Source: Planctomycetota bacterium
GTDB taxonomy: Bacteria; Planctomycetota; Planctomycetia; Pirellulales; Pirellulaceae
DNA length: 61,946 nucleotides
Direction: 5' to 3'
Assembly: GCA_014584305.1 (NCBI GenBank)
Contig: JACTND010000235.1
Coordinates: forward strand, 1 to 61,946
Shown: one piece after another, positions 10,655-20,700 of the stretch
Numbering within the stretch: position 1 is the stretch's first letter
Layout: every line of letters begins with the position of its first letter
Translations under genes and position numbers: made by a program
Notes under the pieces: model-generated
Told to the model about the DNA's origin: nothing
What the model saw: only the letters and a program-made list of their open reading frames with translations
The model's database searches: none

Positions 10655-12394
10655 CTAGTCTTCGACATCTGGCCACAGCTCTGCGCCGGGACGAACGGAC
10701 AAATACCATTCCTCCCACATCTTCTTGACGGTTTTGAAGTCGTCGCGCGTTGGGTTGGGGGGCAACGGCACTGCGTCCATTTTGCGGCTGGTCATCCGCA
10801 ATCCTTGATGTGCTTCCCTGGCAACCGCCACACTGGGATCGGAAAGAGCGAACAGCAAGGCCGGGACGTTGTCCATATCTTGCTGGGTGGCCAATATCTT
10901 CACGGCAAACCAACGACGGTCGCCGTCCGGGTCCGTCACCATACCACGCAAGAACGCCATTTGTTCGCCGCGCGATTTGCCGTCCTTTTCTTGAAACTCC
11001 TTGAGGGCCATTCCGATCGAATCGTTGATCCGCTCAAAATTGGTCTGGCCTCCTTCTTCTTGAAGTAGCTGCATAATCTCGGCCAGGTTGTGCACATCCG
11101 ATTCGGATTTGATCGCGCCGCTTTCGTTTGCCAAGCGCGTGTTTTCCGTAAACCCTTTGTTGCCGATCACGGTCCCCATATTCGGTTCGCGCATCAACAA
11201 CTGACTGCTGCGCACTAAAAATAACACCGCGAAACAGGTCGAATTCACGCGGTTTTCCACACCCTCGCTGCTATCAAAACCGCCGTCGCCGAGTTGCTTG
11301 GTCCGCAAAAAGTCCACACCCAGGTCATACCACGTGGGATGCTCGGCGAGAACTCCCTCCGATTTTTCGCGGAAATAGGCATAGCGCTCGAACCCATAGA
11401 TGTAGTAATAATTCCATTCATGGCGGCTGTCGAAAGTGAAATTGTCTTGCATCCAGCGCTTGGCTTTCTGTTTCACGTTTGCAAGTCGTTGCCCATCGAA
11501 ATCAACGCGCGGTCCGTCGCGGCGCTCGATACCATCCCGGGGTTTGACATAGACCGCTACGGAAGGAGGCAAACCCACGAGATTTCTGGTGCGCGAATCA
11601 GAACCTCGCAGTTTGGGGTTCAGATTGAGGACATCCCCCAGTACGTAAATCGCACTCAGTCCGCAGATATGTAGCGAATGCCGCCGAATCTCTTGCTCCG
11701 GTTGCATGTCGAAGCGGTAATGGTAGGTCCAACTGCCGTTTTCCAACTGTGCGCGACAAAACCACTCGAGCAAGTTTTTGGCCCGATTGTAATCAAAGGA
11801 AAACTCGTGCAGGTTGGCAACGGCCAAGGCCAACGCGATGTACTGCGACTGGCTGCTATCGCCGAACCGTGACAAATCCGATGGAGGCGAATAACCGTAG
11901 GCGCCCAGCCGTTGCTGACTGTTTAGCAATTGGTTTAAGATCGCGCGGATGTCGTCGTAGTATTTGATTTTGTCCAGTTCGCAGAGGAATATGATAGTCA
12001 AACAGGGCAAATACGTCGATCCGTTGAATATCTCGCTTTCCCTCCCTTCGCGGACTTTCGCCAGTTCAGGAGTTAATTGTCCTATCGCGGTCCGGACCAC
12101 CGGATTGTCCGCGGGCACCTCGTTGTCGTACCGCTTGGAAACTTCAATGATGGTCATCGCCGACAAGACAGACTCGCCCAGCCGTGTTTGGCGTCGATTC
12201 TCCAGAAAACGTGCTCCAGCTCGAGCCATTTCTTCTACGACGGGATGGTCCGGGTTAAAGCGTTCCTGGGCGCTAACCTGCCCACCAACACAGAACAACA
12301 AAACACAGGCGACGAACAACCCAATCGAACAATCGTACAATCGAGAGAAAGAGACGATCAACCGAATCTGCGGTTGCCGCTGATGCGCGCCCAT
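10655..12394 (-). CDS. secreted prenyltransferase/squalene-cyclase-repeat-like protein with C-terminal HEAT-like repeats
   Basis: 579 aa. Signal-like N-terminus (LFVACVLLFCVGGQVSAQE). Alpha/alpha-toroid-type repeats (QLENGSWTYHY, KQLGDGGFDSSEG, QQRLGAYGY). C-terminal ALLFALSDPSVAVAREAHQGL is HEAT-like. Confidence 0.55.
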   Translation of the reverse strand: MGAHQRQPQIRLIVSFSRLYDCSIGLFVACVLLFCVGGQVSAQERFNPDHPVVEEMARAGARFLENRRQTRLGESVLSAMTIIEVSKRYDNEVPADNPVVRTAIGQLTPELAKVREGRESEIFNGSTYLPCLTIIFLCELDKIKYYDDIRAILNQLLNSQQRLGAYGYSPPSDLSRFGDSSQSQYIALALAVANLHEFSFDYNRAKNLLEWFCRAQLENGSWTYHYRFDMQPEQEIRRHSLHICGLSAIYVLGDVLNLNPKLRGSDSRTRNLVGLPPSVAVYVKPRDGIERRDGPRVDFDGQRLANVKQKAKRWMQDNFTFDSRHEWNYYYIYGFERYAYFREKSEGVLAEHPTWYDLGVDFLRTKQLGDGGFDSSEGVENRVNSTCFAVLFLVRSSQLLMREPNMGTVIGNKGFTENTRLANESGAIKSESDVHNLAEIMQLLQEEGGQTNFERINDSIGMALKEFQEKDGKSRGEQMAFLRGMVTDPDGDRRWFAVKILATQQDMDNVPALLFALSDPSVAVAREAHQGLRMTSRKMDAVPLPPNPTRDDFKTVKKMWEEWYLSVRPGAELWPDVED

Positions 12395-12778
12395 TTGAAT
12401 TGCCCCCGTTCAATCGCCTTCACTTACCGCGGATTATCGACTCAAGATACCGCTCGCGTGTGAATGTGAAAGCTCTCCCCTACGAACCGCTCTAGAAATC
12501 TGTTGATATTTGACCAACTTTTGAACGAGGCTGTTATTAGCCTATACGCGGTTACAGTGGTTGTCAATTCGGCGTCGGGGCCAATTGACAAATTCAGCGA
12601 AATCGTCAAGATGTTGCGCGAGTCGGCCTCCGACTTTCCTGCCCCATTTGAACCTTCGCATTGGGGCTGTCGTCCCCAATGACGATTGTTCAAAATGGTG
12701 TTACTGAACCGCTTCGGCCTTTGGCGTGTCGGAAGGAACGTGATCGTTGCTGGAGGAACGTGCGGCAGAGGCAATACT

Positions 12779-12851
12779 GGTCAGGTAGCTCAGTTGGTAG
12801 AGCAATGGACTGAAAATCCATGTGTCGCCGGTTCGATCCCGGCCCTGACCA
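12779..12851 (+). tRNA. tRNA-Phe(GAA): tRNA-Phe (anticodon GAA)
   Basis: Hand-folded 73-nt cloverleaf: acceptor GGTCAGG/CCTGACC, D stem GCTC/GAGC, anticodon stem ATGGA/TCCAT with loop CTGAAAA, 5-nt variable loop GTGTC, T stem GCCGG/CCGGC with loop TTCGATC, discriminator A. No encoded CCA. Confidence 0.93.
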
Positions 12852-14133
12852 CTTCGCAATTTGAAGCAACCATCGGAAAGACCCGGCAATGGCCGGGCTT
12901 TTTTGTTGCTTCGTCCTCGGCCGCCCTCTCCCCCGCCGAGTCACTTTCCCCGTCCTGCGACTCCGTGCCCGGCTTTACTGCTGCGCTTTCTGCTGCGCTT
13001 TCTGCTGCGCGCAGTCCATGTGTCGTTCCTTCGGTATTCCCGGTGATTCTCTGGAAAAGCTCGTCGGTGACCTGTAAGTAATGCCGGGCCGAGACCAGCT
13101 CACTGTGGCCGATCCAGGCACTGACCGCATGTTGGGGGACGGTCATCGCCATCTGGGTCTCGCAACTTCGCCGAAGCGTCTGGAACAAGTCGGGCCACGG
13201 CTCAAGGCCCGCCGCGTCGATAATCTTCGTCATCTGCCGGTGCCGGTTGTGGCCTGAGAGAGCCACAATCGGTTGAGAATGGTCCGTCACCTTTCGGGCT
13301 GCTTCATCAAGGAGTTTGGCGAGTTTGGGGAAGATTGGGACAACCCGTGTCGTGCTGGTTTTTGGGGCAAAAACCCTAAGTCTTTTGAGATTCCAGTCGA
13401 TGTCTTGCCACGTAACGGCATGGGACTCAGAGGGAACCCGAAGGCCAGCAAACCTTGCCAGACCTACGAGGCACTTCCAGTTGTCGTCGGGACAGGATGC
13501 AAGGATCTTGTCCGTTTCGGCTTCCGTCACAAACCTGGATCGTTCAGCGGCAATCGAACTGCTGGCCAGCGCGAAGAACGGATTCTCGGCAATGTGTTTA
13601 CGTTCCACGGCGTCTCGAAAAACCGACTTCGCATTTCTGGCGTTGGTCCGGATGGAAGCTTCACTAAGCCCGGCCTTCAGCATTTCGGTTCGCCAGTCCT
13701 TGGCCTTAGTCGTTGTAATCTGATCGATCAACGTCCTTCCCTTGAAAAACTGCTTCATGGCTTCAAAGGTGTGCTCAAGGCGTTTAATGCTGGAGGGCTT
13801 TAGCTCGTATCGCTTCCACTCCAGGTAGTCATCGAGCAGAACGGCAAGAGTGGGAACGGCGGGTTCAGCCTCTGGCAATTCGCACAAGTCAAACTGTGCA
13901 ATCTTGATTTTGATCTCAAGGCACAAACCTGTCAGCCAATGCACCGTCTCAGGATCAAGCGACTGGTTCAGCCGTTTGGCGTTAACCAGTTTTTCGACTC
14001 GACGCTTGAACTCATGCGCCACATCGTGTGTGACTTTACCGATGCGAAGCCTTTGCCGCTTGCTCCGATGGTCAAAAAAGTCGATCGCCCGAGGGGGTTG
14101 TTTCCCGGGGCCAAGTTTCACAATGCTCGCCAT
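12790..14133 (-). CDS. int: tyrosine recombinase / phage-type integrase
   Basis: 447 aa. Catalytic region ...LRRSCETQMAM...WIGHSELVSARHYLQV (His...Tyr). Sits immediately 3' of tRNA-Phe. The last ~20 codons (..VVRAGIEPATHGFSVHCSTN) are the reverse translation of the tRNA itself. Confidence 0.85.
   Translation of the reverse strand: MASIVKLGPGKQPPRAIDFFDHRSKRQRLRIGKVTHDVAHEFKRRVEKLVNAKRLNQSLDPETVHWLTGLCLEIKIKIAQFDLCELPEAEPAVPTLAVLLDDYLEWKRYELKPSSIKRLEHTFEAMKQFFKGRTLIDQITTTKAKDWRTEMLKAGLSEASIRTNARNAKSVFRDAVERKHIAENPFFALASSSIAAERSRFVTEAETDKILASCPDDNWKCLVGLARFAGLRVPSESHAVTWQDIDWNLKRLRVFAPKTSTTRVVPIFPKLAKLLDEAARKVTDHSQPIVALSGHNRHRQMTKIIDAAGLEPWPDLFQTLRRSCETQMAMTVPQHAVSAWIGHSELVSARHYLQVTDELFQRITGNTEGTTHGLRAAESAAESAAVKPGTESQDGESDSAGERAAEDEATKKPGHCRVFPMVASNCEVVRAGIEPATHGFSVHCSTN
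12978..13010. repeat. 12-bp tandem repeat (ctgctgcgcttt x 2.75)
   Basis: Read directly from the sequence. It encodes the AAESAAESAA tract in the integrase C-terminal tail. Confidence 0.9.
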
Positions 14134-14201
14134 ATCTCACCTGCTGCCGACAGCCTAAAGAACACTTCACCGGTGGTCGATCCGATCGTATTGGCCTCAG
14201 C

Positions 14202-14510
14202 TCAGCGAGGCAAATTCGGTCGACGCCGTTTGTTCTTTTCTTCAATCCAGGCTTTGAGTGCCTCGACCGAATAGCGAACGCATTTTCCAATTCGAAGAAA
14301 CGGGATCCGGGCTTCGTTTCTGAGCGTCCAAAGGGTACGGCGGCTGATCCCCAAGGCCTTAGCAGCCTCCCCTTCGGTCAACAAAAGTTTTTCTGGGTCG
14401 TTGAGTGACGGAACGTTAGGCGTGTTCGAACCTATCGGCTCGTGCAGCAAACGGTTTGAGTTTTGAATTGTCATGTGATGACTCCAATTGAATTTGAGTT
14501 CGGGTCTCAA
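14202..14510 (-). CDS. xis: excisionase/AlpA-type helix-turn-helix DNA-binding protein
   Basis: 102 aa. LTEGEAAKALGISRRTLWTLRNEARIPFLRIGKCVRYSVEALKAWIEE is a typical MerR-superfamily excisionase HTH. Probable true start is the ATG at 14474 (MTIQNS...). Confidence 0.7.
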   Translation of the reverse strand: MRPELKFNWSHHMTIQNSNRLLHEPIGSNTPNVPSLNDPEKLLLTEGEAAKALGISRRTLWTLRNEARIPFLRIGKCVRYSVEALKAWIEEKNKRRRPNLPR

Positions 14511-16075
14511 TCAAACAGTTGATCGAGGTCTTGGTTGATGAGGTCGTTGTTAAGTTCTCGCATTGGCACACCCTCAGCCATGGCTTTTTTCGGCACGGCA
14601 AAAACTTCGATGTCTTCGTCGGTCCAAGGGTCCAGGTACTGACAATCAACCGGACGAGGGATAAATGCTGGAACATTTGGATCGGGCGGGATCAAGCAAT
14701 GCTCGAACAATAGTTCGGGAATGATTTCCACAAACGCGCAACCGAGACCCCGGATGGTTACAATCCCCACCAGTCCATTCTGAAGACCGCAGACAGGGAG
14801 CGACATGAATTCCGATGCGAGAATCGCGCGAGCGATCACGTGGTTGTAGCTCGTTGTCGTCGACGAATCCTTGGAATTCGTGTAACTGACGTTTCGTTGA
14901 ATAAACTCGGTTTCACCGACCAACTTCGAACACCATTCCGCAGTCTCCGCGCATTCGATACGTCCAAGAAAGCGGTTGGCAATCTGCCCGAGAATTTCGT
15001 CGGTTTCGTAAGGTCCGTAGACCTTTTCGTTTCGAAGCGAGCTAATCGTTTGAAAGGAAAGTGCTGCGCGAGCACCTTTCGACCGACCTTTTTTCATGAC
15101 GGACGAGAGCCCGTCCAGTCGCCCTGCATCCCCTAGCTCGTCAATGAAAATCCACGTGCGATCATCGGTTCCTTCGGGCTTGGATAGAATCAGGTCACAG
15201 GCGCGCTTGAAAAACAGTCGGTTGATGGCTTGAACTGTAGATCTGGATGCCTCCGAGTTTCCAAGCACCAGAGTCATTTCGCTGTTTAAGAAATCGTGAA
15301 TGCTGATTTCTTCCTGCGCGGCCTCCCAGCAGGCCACGACGGGGCGGATCTCCAGCATTTTGGAATTGATTGTTGAGAATACGTCGGCACACTGTCGTTT
15401 GCTGCGAAAGTACGTGCCGATGAGTTGCATCGACTGAGGGTGTTTTTTGAGAATGCGAAGCGTTGTCGCCGGGCTAGAAACGGCGCGTACGATGTCCCCA
15501 AGGGTCCAGGGCTTCCCAGAATGGACGAACGAGATGATGACGGCGGTAATGACCTCTCGCGCCGCGTCGATAAAGAACCGGGACTGCTCCTGACTGTCGC
15601 TGATCAGAACTTTGGCGAGTTCGACTGCATAACGGGGCTCGTTGATGTCCCGATGGATGGCCCAAGCGACGCCCCGTTCGTCAAAGGGATTGAGAGTGAC
15701 TGTCCGCTTGGTGTCAACGAATGCGGCCAGTATTGGAAGAAGGTCCTCCTTGGCGTCATAAACGATGGCCCGCAAACCCGGAGTTTTCCCGACTTGCGGG
15801 AGGACTGACTGCATCAGGAGTCGCTGTACGGTTGTCTTTCCACTGCCCGTTGCCCCGACAGACAGAAAATGTCCCTCGGCGTGGGAATCATCGAGTGGAT
15901 ACAAGAGCCAGTTAATCTGTTCAGGGTCCGAAGGGTCATAACACAGGAATCGATCCGGCACTGGCGGTGGCAGATTCGGTGACGATTCCGAATTTCGCTC
16001 CGTGAAAAAGTTATAGATAACCTCAAAGGCCACTTGAATCCAATGGAGAATACGTTCGAACATTTTGAACCTCAT
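14507..16075 (-). CDS. type IV coupling protein (TraD/TraG/VirD4-like) ATPase domain, no TM region
   Basis: 522 aa. Walker A GATGSGKT, Walker B TWIFIDELGDAG. Located between the relaxase remnant and the excisionase. Confidence 0.65.
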   Translation of the reverse strand: MRFKMFERILHWIQVAFEVIYNFFTERNSESSPNLPPPVPDRFLCYDPSDPEQINWLLYPLDDSHAEGHFLSVGATGSGKTTVQRLLMQSVLPQVGKTPGLRAIVYDAKEDLLPILAAFVDTKRTVTLNPFDERGVAWAIHRDINEPRYAVELAKVLISDSQEQSRFFIDAAREVITAVIISFVHSGKPWTLGDIVRAVSSPATTLRILKKHPQSMQLIGTYFRSKRQCADVFSTINSKMLEIRPVVACWEAAQEEISIHDFLNSEMTLVLGNSEASRSTVQAINRLFFKRACDLILSKPEGTDDRTWIFIDELGDAGRLDGLSSVMKKGRSKGARAALSFQTISSLRNEKVYGPYETDEILGQIANRFLGRIECAETAEWCSKLVGETEFIQRNVSYTNSKDSSTTTSYNHVIARAILASEFMSLPVCGLQNGLVGIVTIRGLGCAFVEIIPELLFEHCLIPPDPNVPAFIPRPVDCQYLDPWTDEDIEVFAVPKKAMAEGVPMRELNNDLINQDLDQLFD

Positions 16076-16492
16076 TTATCGTTGGTTGATTCGGCGGTGG
16101 GCGTTAGTGCCAGGACCACGGAGTGTCATTCGCCTTGAACCGAGTTGTTGACGGAGCCGATAGTCGTTGTGCAACTCGCGGCCGCGAATAAAGTTGCAGT
16201 CGTTTTCATGCCAACCAAACATGATTTGCATGAAGGGAGTCCAGTCGCAGCGCGCCAAATACCAAACCAGGAATGCGCCGATAACGGCCGATACCATGAG
16301 GAGTGGATTGAGAAGCAGCGACAGCAAATAGGACGGAACCTTAACCGTCCAGAACGCCACCAAGTCGAGGATGGTCTTGTGCACAAAGTCGGTGGCAGCC
16401 ATCACGGCCATGATCGGCAGGTGAATAATCACCAGCACCCAAAACACTTTCACGGGCCAATTGGGTGGGGGGCGGTTTCCAAGCAAACGCAT
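16076..16492 (-). CDS. small polytopic membrane protein, possibly the detached TM module of the adjacent T4CP
   Basis: 138 aa with three hydrophobic helices. Its stop directly abuts the T4CP ATG (..GATAAATGAGG..). Confidence 0.55.
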   Translation of the reverse strand: MRLLGNRPPPNWPVKVFWVLVIIHLPIMAVMAATDFVHKTILDLVAFWTVKVPSYLLSLLLNPLLMVSAVIGAFLVWYLARCDWTPFMQIMFGWHENDCNFIRGRELHNDYRLRQQLGSRRMTLRGPGTNAHRRINQR

Positions 16493-16510
16493 GATTTAGT
16501 CTCCAGTTGT

Positions 16511-17713
16511 TCATTGGGTCGGATTCAATTGAGCCATGTCGTGGGCCAGTAGCTTGAGCTTTGATTTGGCGATCTCTTTTTCGATCAACTCGAGTTCCCT
16601 CCCGGCATGCGCCCGGTCGATGAACAACTTGGTGTTCTCGCGAGCGCGGGTTACCTGCACGTAAGCCATCTCTTGACTGGTCATCGGCCCGCCCATCAGG
16701 ACATAAGAGCGTTGGGAAGTCTGTCCCTGAAGCTTGTGGGTCGTGGAGGCGTAGGCCAGCTTCGCTTCGGCCTGTTTCATCTGGTCATAAGTAAGGGTCA
16801 CGGTCTGCTGCCCTTCGATAGTTCCGAAACAAAAAGCGGGCTTTCGGTCCAAACAAATCGTGACTTCGCGGCGGCGGCGATCGATTCGAACCACGGTGGC
16901 TTGAAAACCGTTCTCAATTCCCCGCAATCGAAAGGGCTTGTGAAACATGATGCGGTCGCGTTCATGTATTCGCTCAGTGCCAACCATCACGAGCTTTTTG
17001 GAAAGTGCGCCCGAAAGCAGGCGACTCAATTGGCAGTATTGGTTGAGTTCCTTCGCTTCCGCGCGGGTTTGCGTGAGAATGATGCTCCCCTTCGGATCCT
17101 TGATTGCCCCGTCTTTCGACCATTCATCAACCAATTGCTTCGCGGCCTCGGAGCGATCTGCCGCCACAAAAAGACGTCCGCGTTCAAGGTAATCTTGAAG
17201 GGCCTCCTTGGTCTTTCCTTCGCGAATTAGGCTCGTTGCGCGAATGTCGGCAGGGTCTTTGAGTCGGCGGTTCTCGCTAAGCCGCGCAGGGCGCACTTCG
17301 CGAAGAATGTGTTCAAACGGCCCCCCTGCCTCGATGGGTGAGAGTTGTTTCGCATCGCCCACGAGCACAACCGTGGCCCCCGCCTTTTCGACGTACCCAA
17401 GGAGTTTGGTCATGGTGCGGGAACCAATCATCCCCGCCTCATCGACAACAAGAACTGTTTTTTTGTTGAGCTTTGGCTTGTTTGGCGAGTAGGTCGATTT
17501 ACCCTGGGCAGCTCGCATCAACATGCGAAGGTCATGCTTGAGCCGGTCGATGGCCCTTTGCTTCAGAGTCTTGTCGAAGTGATATCGGTAGCTGGCGATT
17601 GTTCGCGATTTGATGTTGGCTTGACTTGCCAGCTCCTCCTTGGCCACACCGGAAAACGTCTGGTTCCTATTACACGCCCGACTCGTTGGTGCAATGCCTT
17701 CTCGATTCCGCAC
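16511..17713 (-). pseudogene. 5'-truncated relaxase-associated SF1 helicase (TraA/TrwC/RecD-like C-terminal part)
   Basis: Helicase motifs are present: VLVVDEAGMIGS (II), VVLVGDAKQLSPIEAGGPF (III), AYASTTHKLQGQT (V), YVQVTRARENTKLFID (VI). There is no Walker A and no relaxase domain. The first ~25 codons are antisense to the methyltransferase 5' end, so the real homology starts around 17650. Confidence 0.6.
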
Positions 17714-20700
17714 TAGAGCCGGTCGTTGCGGAACGGATCGCGGAAGCGCGGGAATTGGCCCAACTCAAGCACAAGAACGATATCGACAAGCTGGAAACAA
17801 TGAAGGCGTTTGCTCGGGCGTTGGACAACAACACGGAGTTGGCCAAGGGGACTTGGAAACAAGTCGAGAGTGGGAATTCGGAGAGAATTGCGAATTCGGT
17901 TCCATTCGAGAAATCGGTTGAGCGGATTCCGACTTTGCAACGTCAACAATTGCTCGCAGAAAGTTCCATTCTCAATTTGAAAGTCTGCGACCCGGCGTCA
18001 GGATCTGGGCATTTCCTGATCGCTGCCGCGCATCGGCTGACCCGACATTTGGCAAGAATTCGAACGGGTGAAGCTGAACCCACGCCCGATGAATACCAAT
18101 CGGCGCTTCGAGACATCATCGGCCGCTGCATTTATGGCGTCGACATCAATCCAATGGCTGTCGAGCTTTGCAAAGTCAGCCTTTGGATGGAGGCGATTGA
18201 CCCCGGAAAGCCGCTTTCGTTCCTCGACCACCATATTCAGTGCGGCAACAGTCTGTTGGGCTCAACGCCTAGGCTACTTGCCCAGGGCATTCCCAACGAG
18301 GCATTCGCCGCGATTGAGGGCGATGACAAGAAGGTCGTAAAATCGCTTAAAGCCGATAACAAACGGGAGCGAGACGATCGGGCCAGCGGGCAGCTCAGTT
18401 TCTTTGAGACCTTTTTCCCACTTGGCAATTTGCCATCTGTTTTCGCTAATCTCAACATTGCGAACGACGACACGGTTGACGACGTATTGGCGACGGAGAA
18501 GCGATACTCCGAGGCAGTTTCAGGAGCGGAATATGCCAACGCCCGGCTTTTGGCCGATACGTGGTGTGCTGCGTTCGTCTGGAAGAAAGATGACTCCGAG
18601 CTCGGCAAGCTGTGCCCCACCGAGCGCAACTTCCGCAAGGTCGAATCGCACGCAGCCACCGGTCTGTTGCCGCACGTCCGCGCCGAAGTCGAACGCCTGC
18701 GCGACCAATACCAATTCTTCCACTGGCACCTGGCCTTCCCCGACGTGTTCCGCTTGCCGGGCAAGGACGAGCAACCGGAGAACGAGCCAACCGGCTGGAG
18801 CGGCGGCTTCGATGTCGTGCTCGGCAATCCGCCGTGGGAGCACGTTGAATTGAAAGAGAAGGAATGGTTTGCAGAGCGTTGTCCCGAAATCGCAAATGCG
18901 CGTACAGGAGCCGAGCGCAAACGTATGATTGAAAGACTCGCGCAGAGAGATCCGGCGTTGTATTTCCAATTTGTCGATGCGAAACGCGGTCGGGAGGGGC
19001 GAAGTCTGTTTCTTGGAAACTCCGATCGCTTCCCATTGTGCGGGCGCGGGCGAATCAATCTTTATGCTGTATTTGCTGAGAACATGCGAACGCTGATTAG
19101 TCGAACAGGCAGTGCAGGAAGTGTGCTTCCTACCGGAATCGCAACTGACGATACCACCAAGCATTTCTTTCAGAGTCTCGTCCAGCGAATGTCGCTCGTT
19201 CGATTATCCAGTTTTGAGAACGAAGAGTTTCTGTTTCCCGGAGTCGATCACACAACCAAGTTCTGTCTCCTCACAGTCACCGGCGACGCGCGACCCTGCC
19301 TATCCTCAGATTTTTTCTTCTTTGCACGCCAAGCAACGGAGCTTTCCGAAGAGCACCGCCATTTCACGCTTTCGCCGTCCGAATTTGCAATGCTCAATCC
19401 GAATTCCGGAACGTGCCCAATTTTCCGCACTGATACGGATGCCGGCCTGACGAAAGCGATTTACCGCCGCGTACCAATCCTGATCAAAGAGGGTGGCAAT
19501 ACTATCAATCCTTGGCGAGTCGGATTTCGGCAAGGTCTTTTCAATATGACAACCGACTCAGGATTGTTTCGATCGGCGGAGGAGTTGAACGGGAACGGCC
19601 TGAAAGTGAAAGGCAATGTCTTCGCCGATGAGGAACGTACGTACTTGCCTTTGTTTGAAGCAAAGATGTTCCATCATTTCGACCATCGCTACTCGACTTA
19701 TGAGGGGGCAACGCAGGCGAATCTGAATGTTGGAATTCTTCCGGCAACAACCGTCGAGCAGAAACAGAATTCAAAATGCGTTATTCAACCGTTGCACTGG
19801 GTGCCGGCCAGCGAAGTCAAAAATGTTTTGAATACGCGCTGGAATTGCGATTGGATAATCAGCTTTCGGCTCATCACGAAGGCGACAAACGAGCGGACTT
19901 TTCTTCCGACAATCATGCCGCTGGCGGGATTTGGCAATAGCGTCGCAGTGGTCGTACTGGAAAGCGACACCGTGCATGACGGTCATTGTCTTCTCGCTGA
20001 CCTGAGCAGCTTCGTTTTCGACTACGTCGTCCGGCAGAAGCTCGGTGGCAACAACATGACGTTCGGTACTACGCAACAGTTGCCCGTTTTGCCGCCCAAC
20101 ACCTACTTGCAGCCGCTCACTTGGGCAGGCGCGGACTCGCGAGGGGCGGCGGGGTCGTCCCTCTCCGCCTGGCTGCTGCCGCGCGTGCTGGAGCTGACGT
20201 TCACGGCGTGGGACTTGGAACCGTTCGCGCGGGATTGCGGGTACGCCGGGCCGCCGTTCCGCTGGGACGAGGACCGTCGCTTCCGGCTCCGCGCGGAACT
20301 CGACGCAGCCTTCTTCCACCTTTACCTTCCCGCCGACAAAGACGGCGACTGGATTCCCGCACGCCAGTCCGATGGATGCCCCCACGACGAATCCCCTGAA
20401 GACCTTGCGCGCCTAAAGGCCAGCTTCCTAACGCCTCGCCATGCTGTTGAGTACATTATGGAAACGTTCCCGATCGTCAAACGCAAAGACATCGAGCGAA
20501 CCCTAATCAAAGATGCCCAGGGCAACATCATCCAAGCCGGACGCTACATCACCAAAGACACCATCCTCGAAATCTACGACGCCATGCAAACCGCCATCCG
20601 CACCGACCAGCCCTACCAAACCCGCCTCAACCCACCCCCCGGCCCGCCAACCGACACCGAAGGCAACTTCATCCCAATGGCCCAATGGGATCAGAACAAC

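Noticed and set aside
12978-13010. Short tandem repeats (here and at 47977-48022) as possible CRISPR arrays
   Set aside because: The units are directly adjacent with no spacers and there are only 2-3 copies. No repeat-spacer periodicity and no cas genes occur anywhere in the window.
12442-13081. ORFs 12442..12774(-), 12686..13081(+), 12690..12944(-) and 12701..12889(-) around the tRNA
   Set aside because: They overlap the tRNA-Phe gene or the integrase tail and translate the tRNA sequence itself (GSIPALTT / GIEPAT-type artefacts).
18237-19164. Three overlapping minus-strand ORFs (194-273 aa) inside the methyltransferase gene
   Set aside because: All are antisense to the region encoding the SAM-binding and NPPW motifs and have Arg/Ser/Pro-rich shadow-frame composition.
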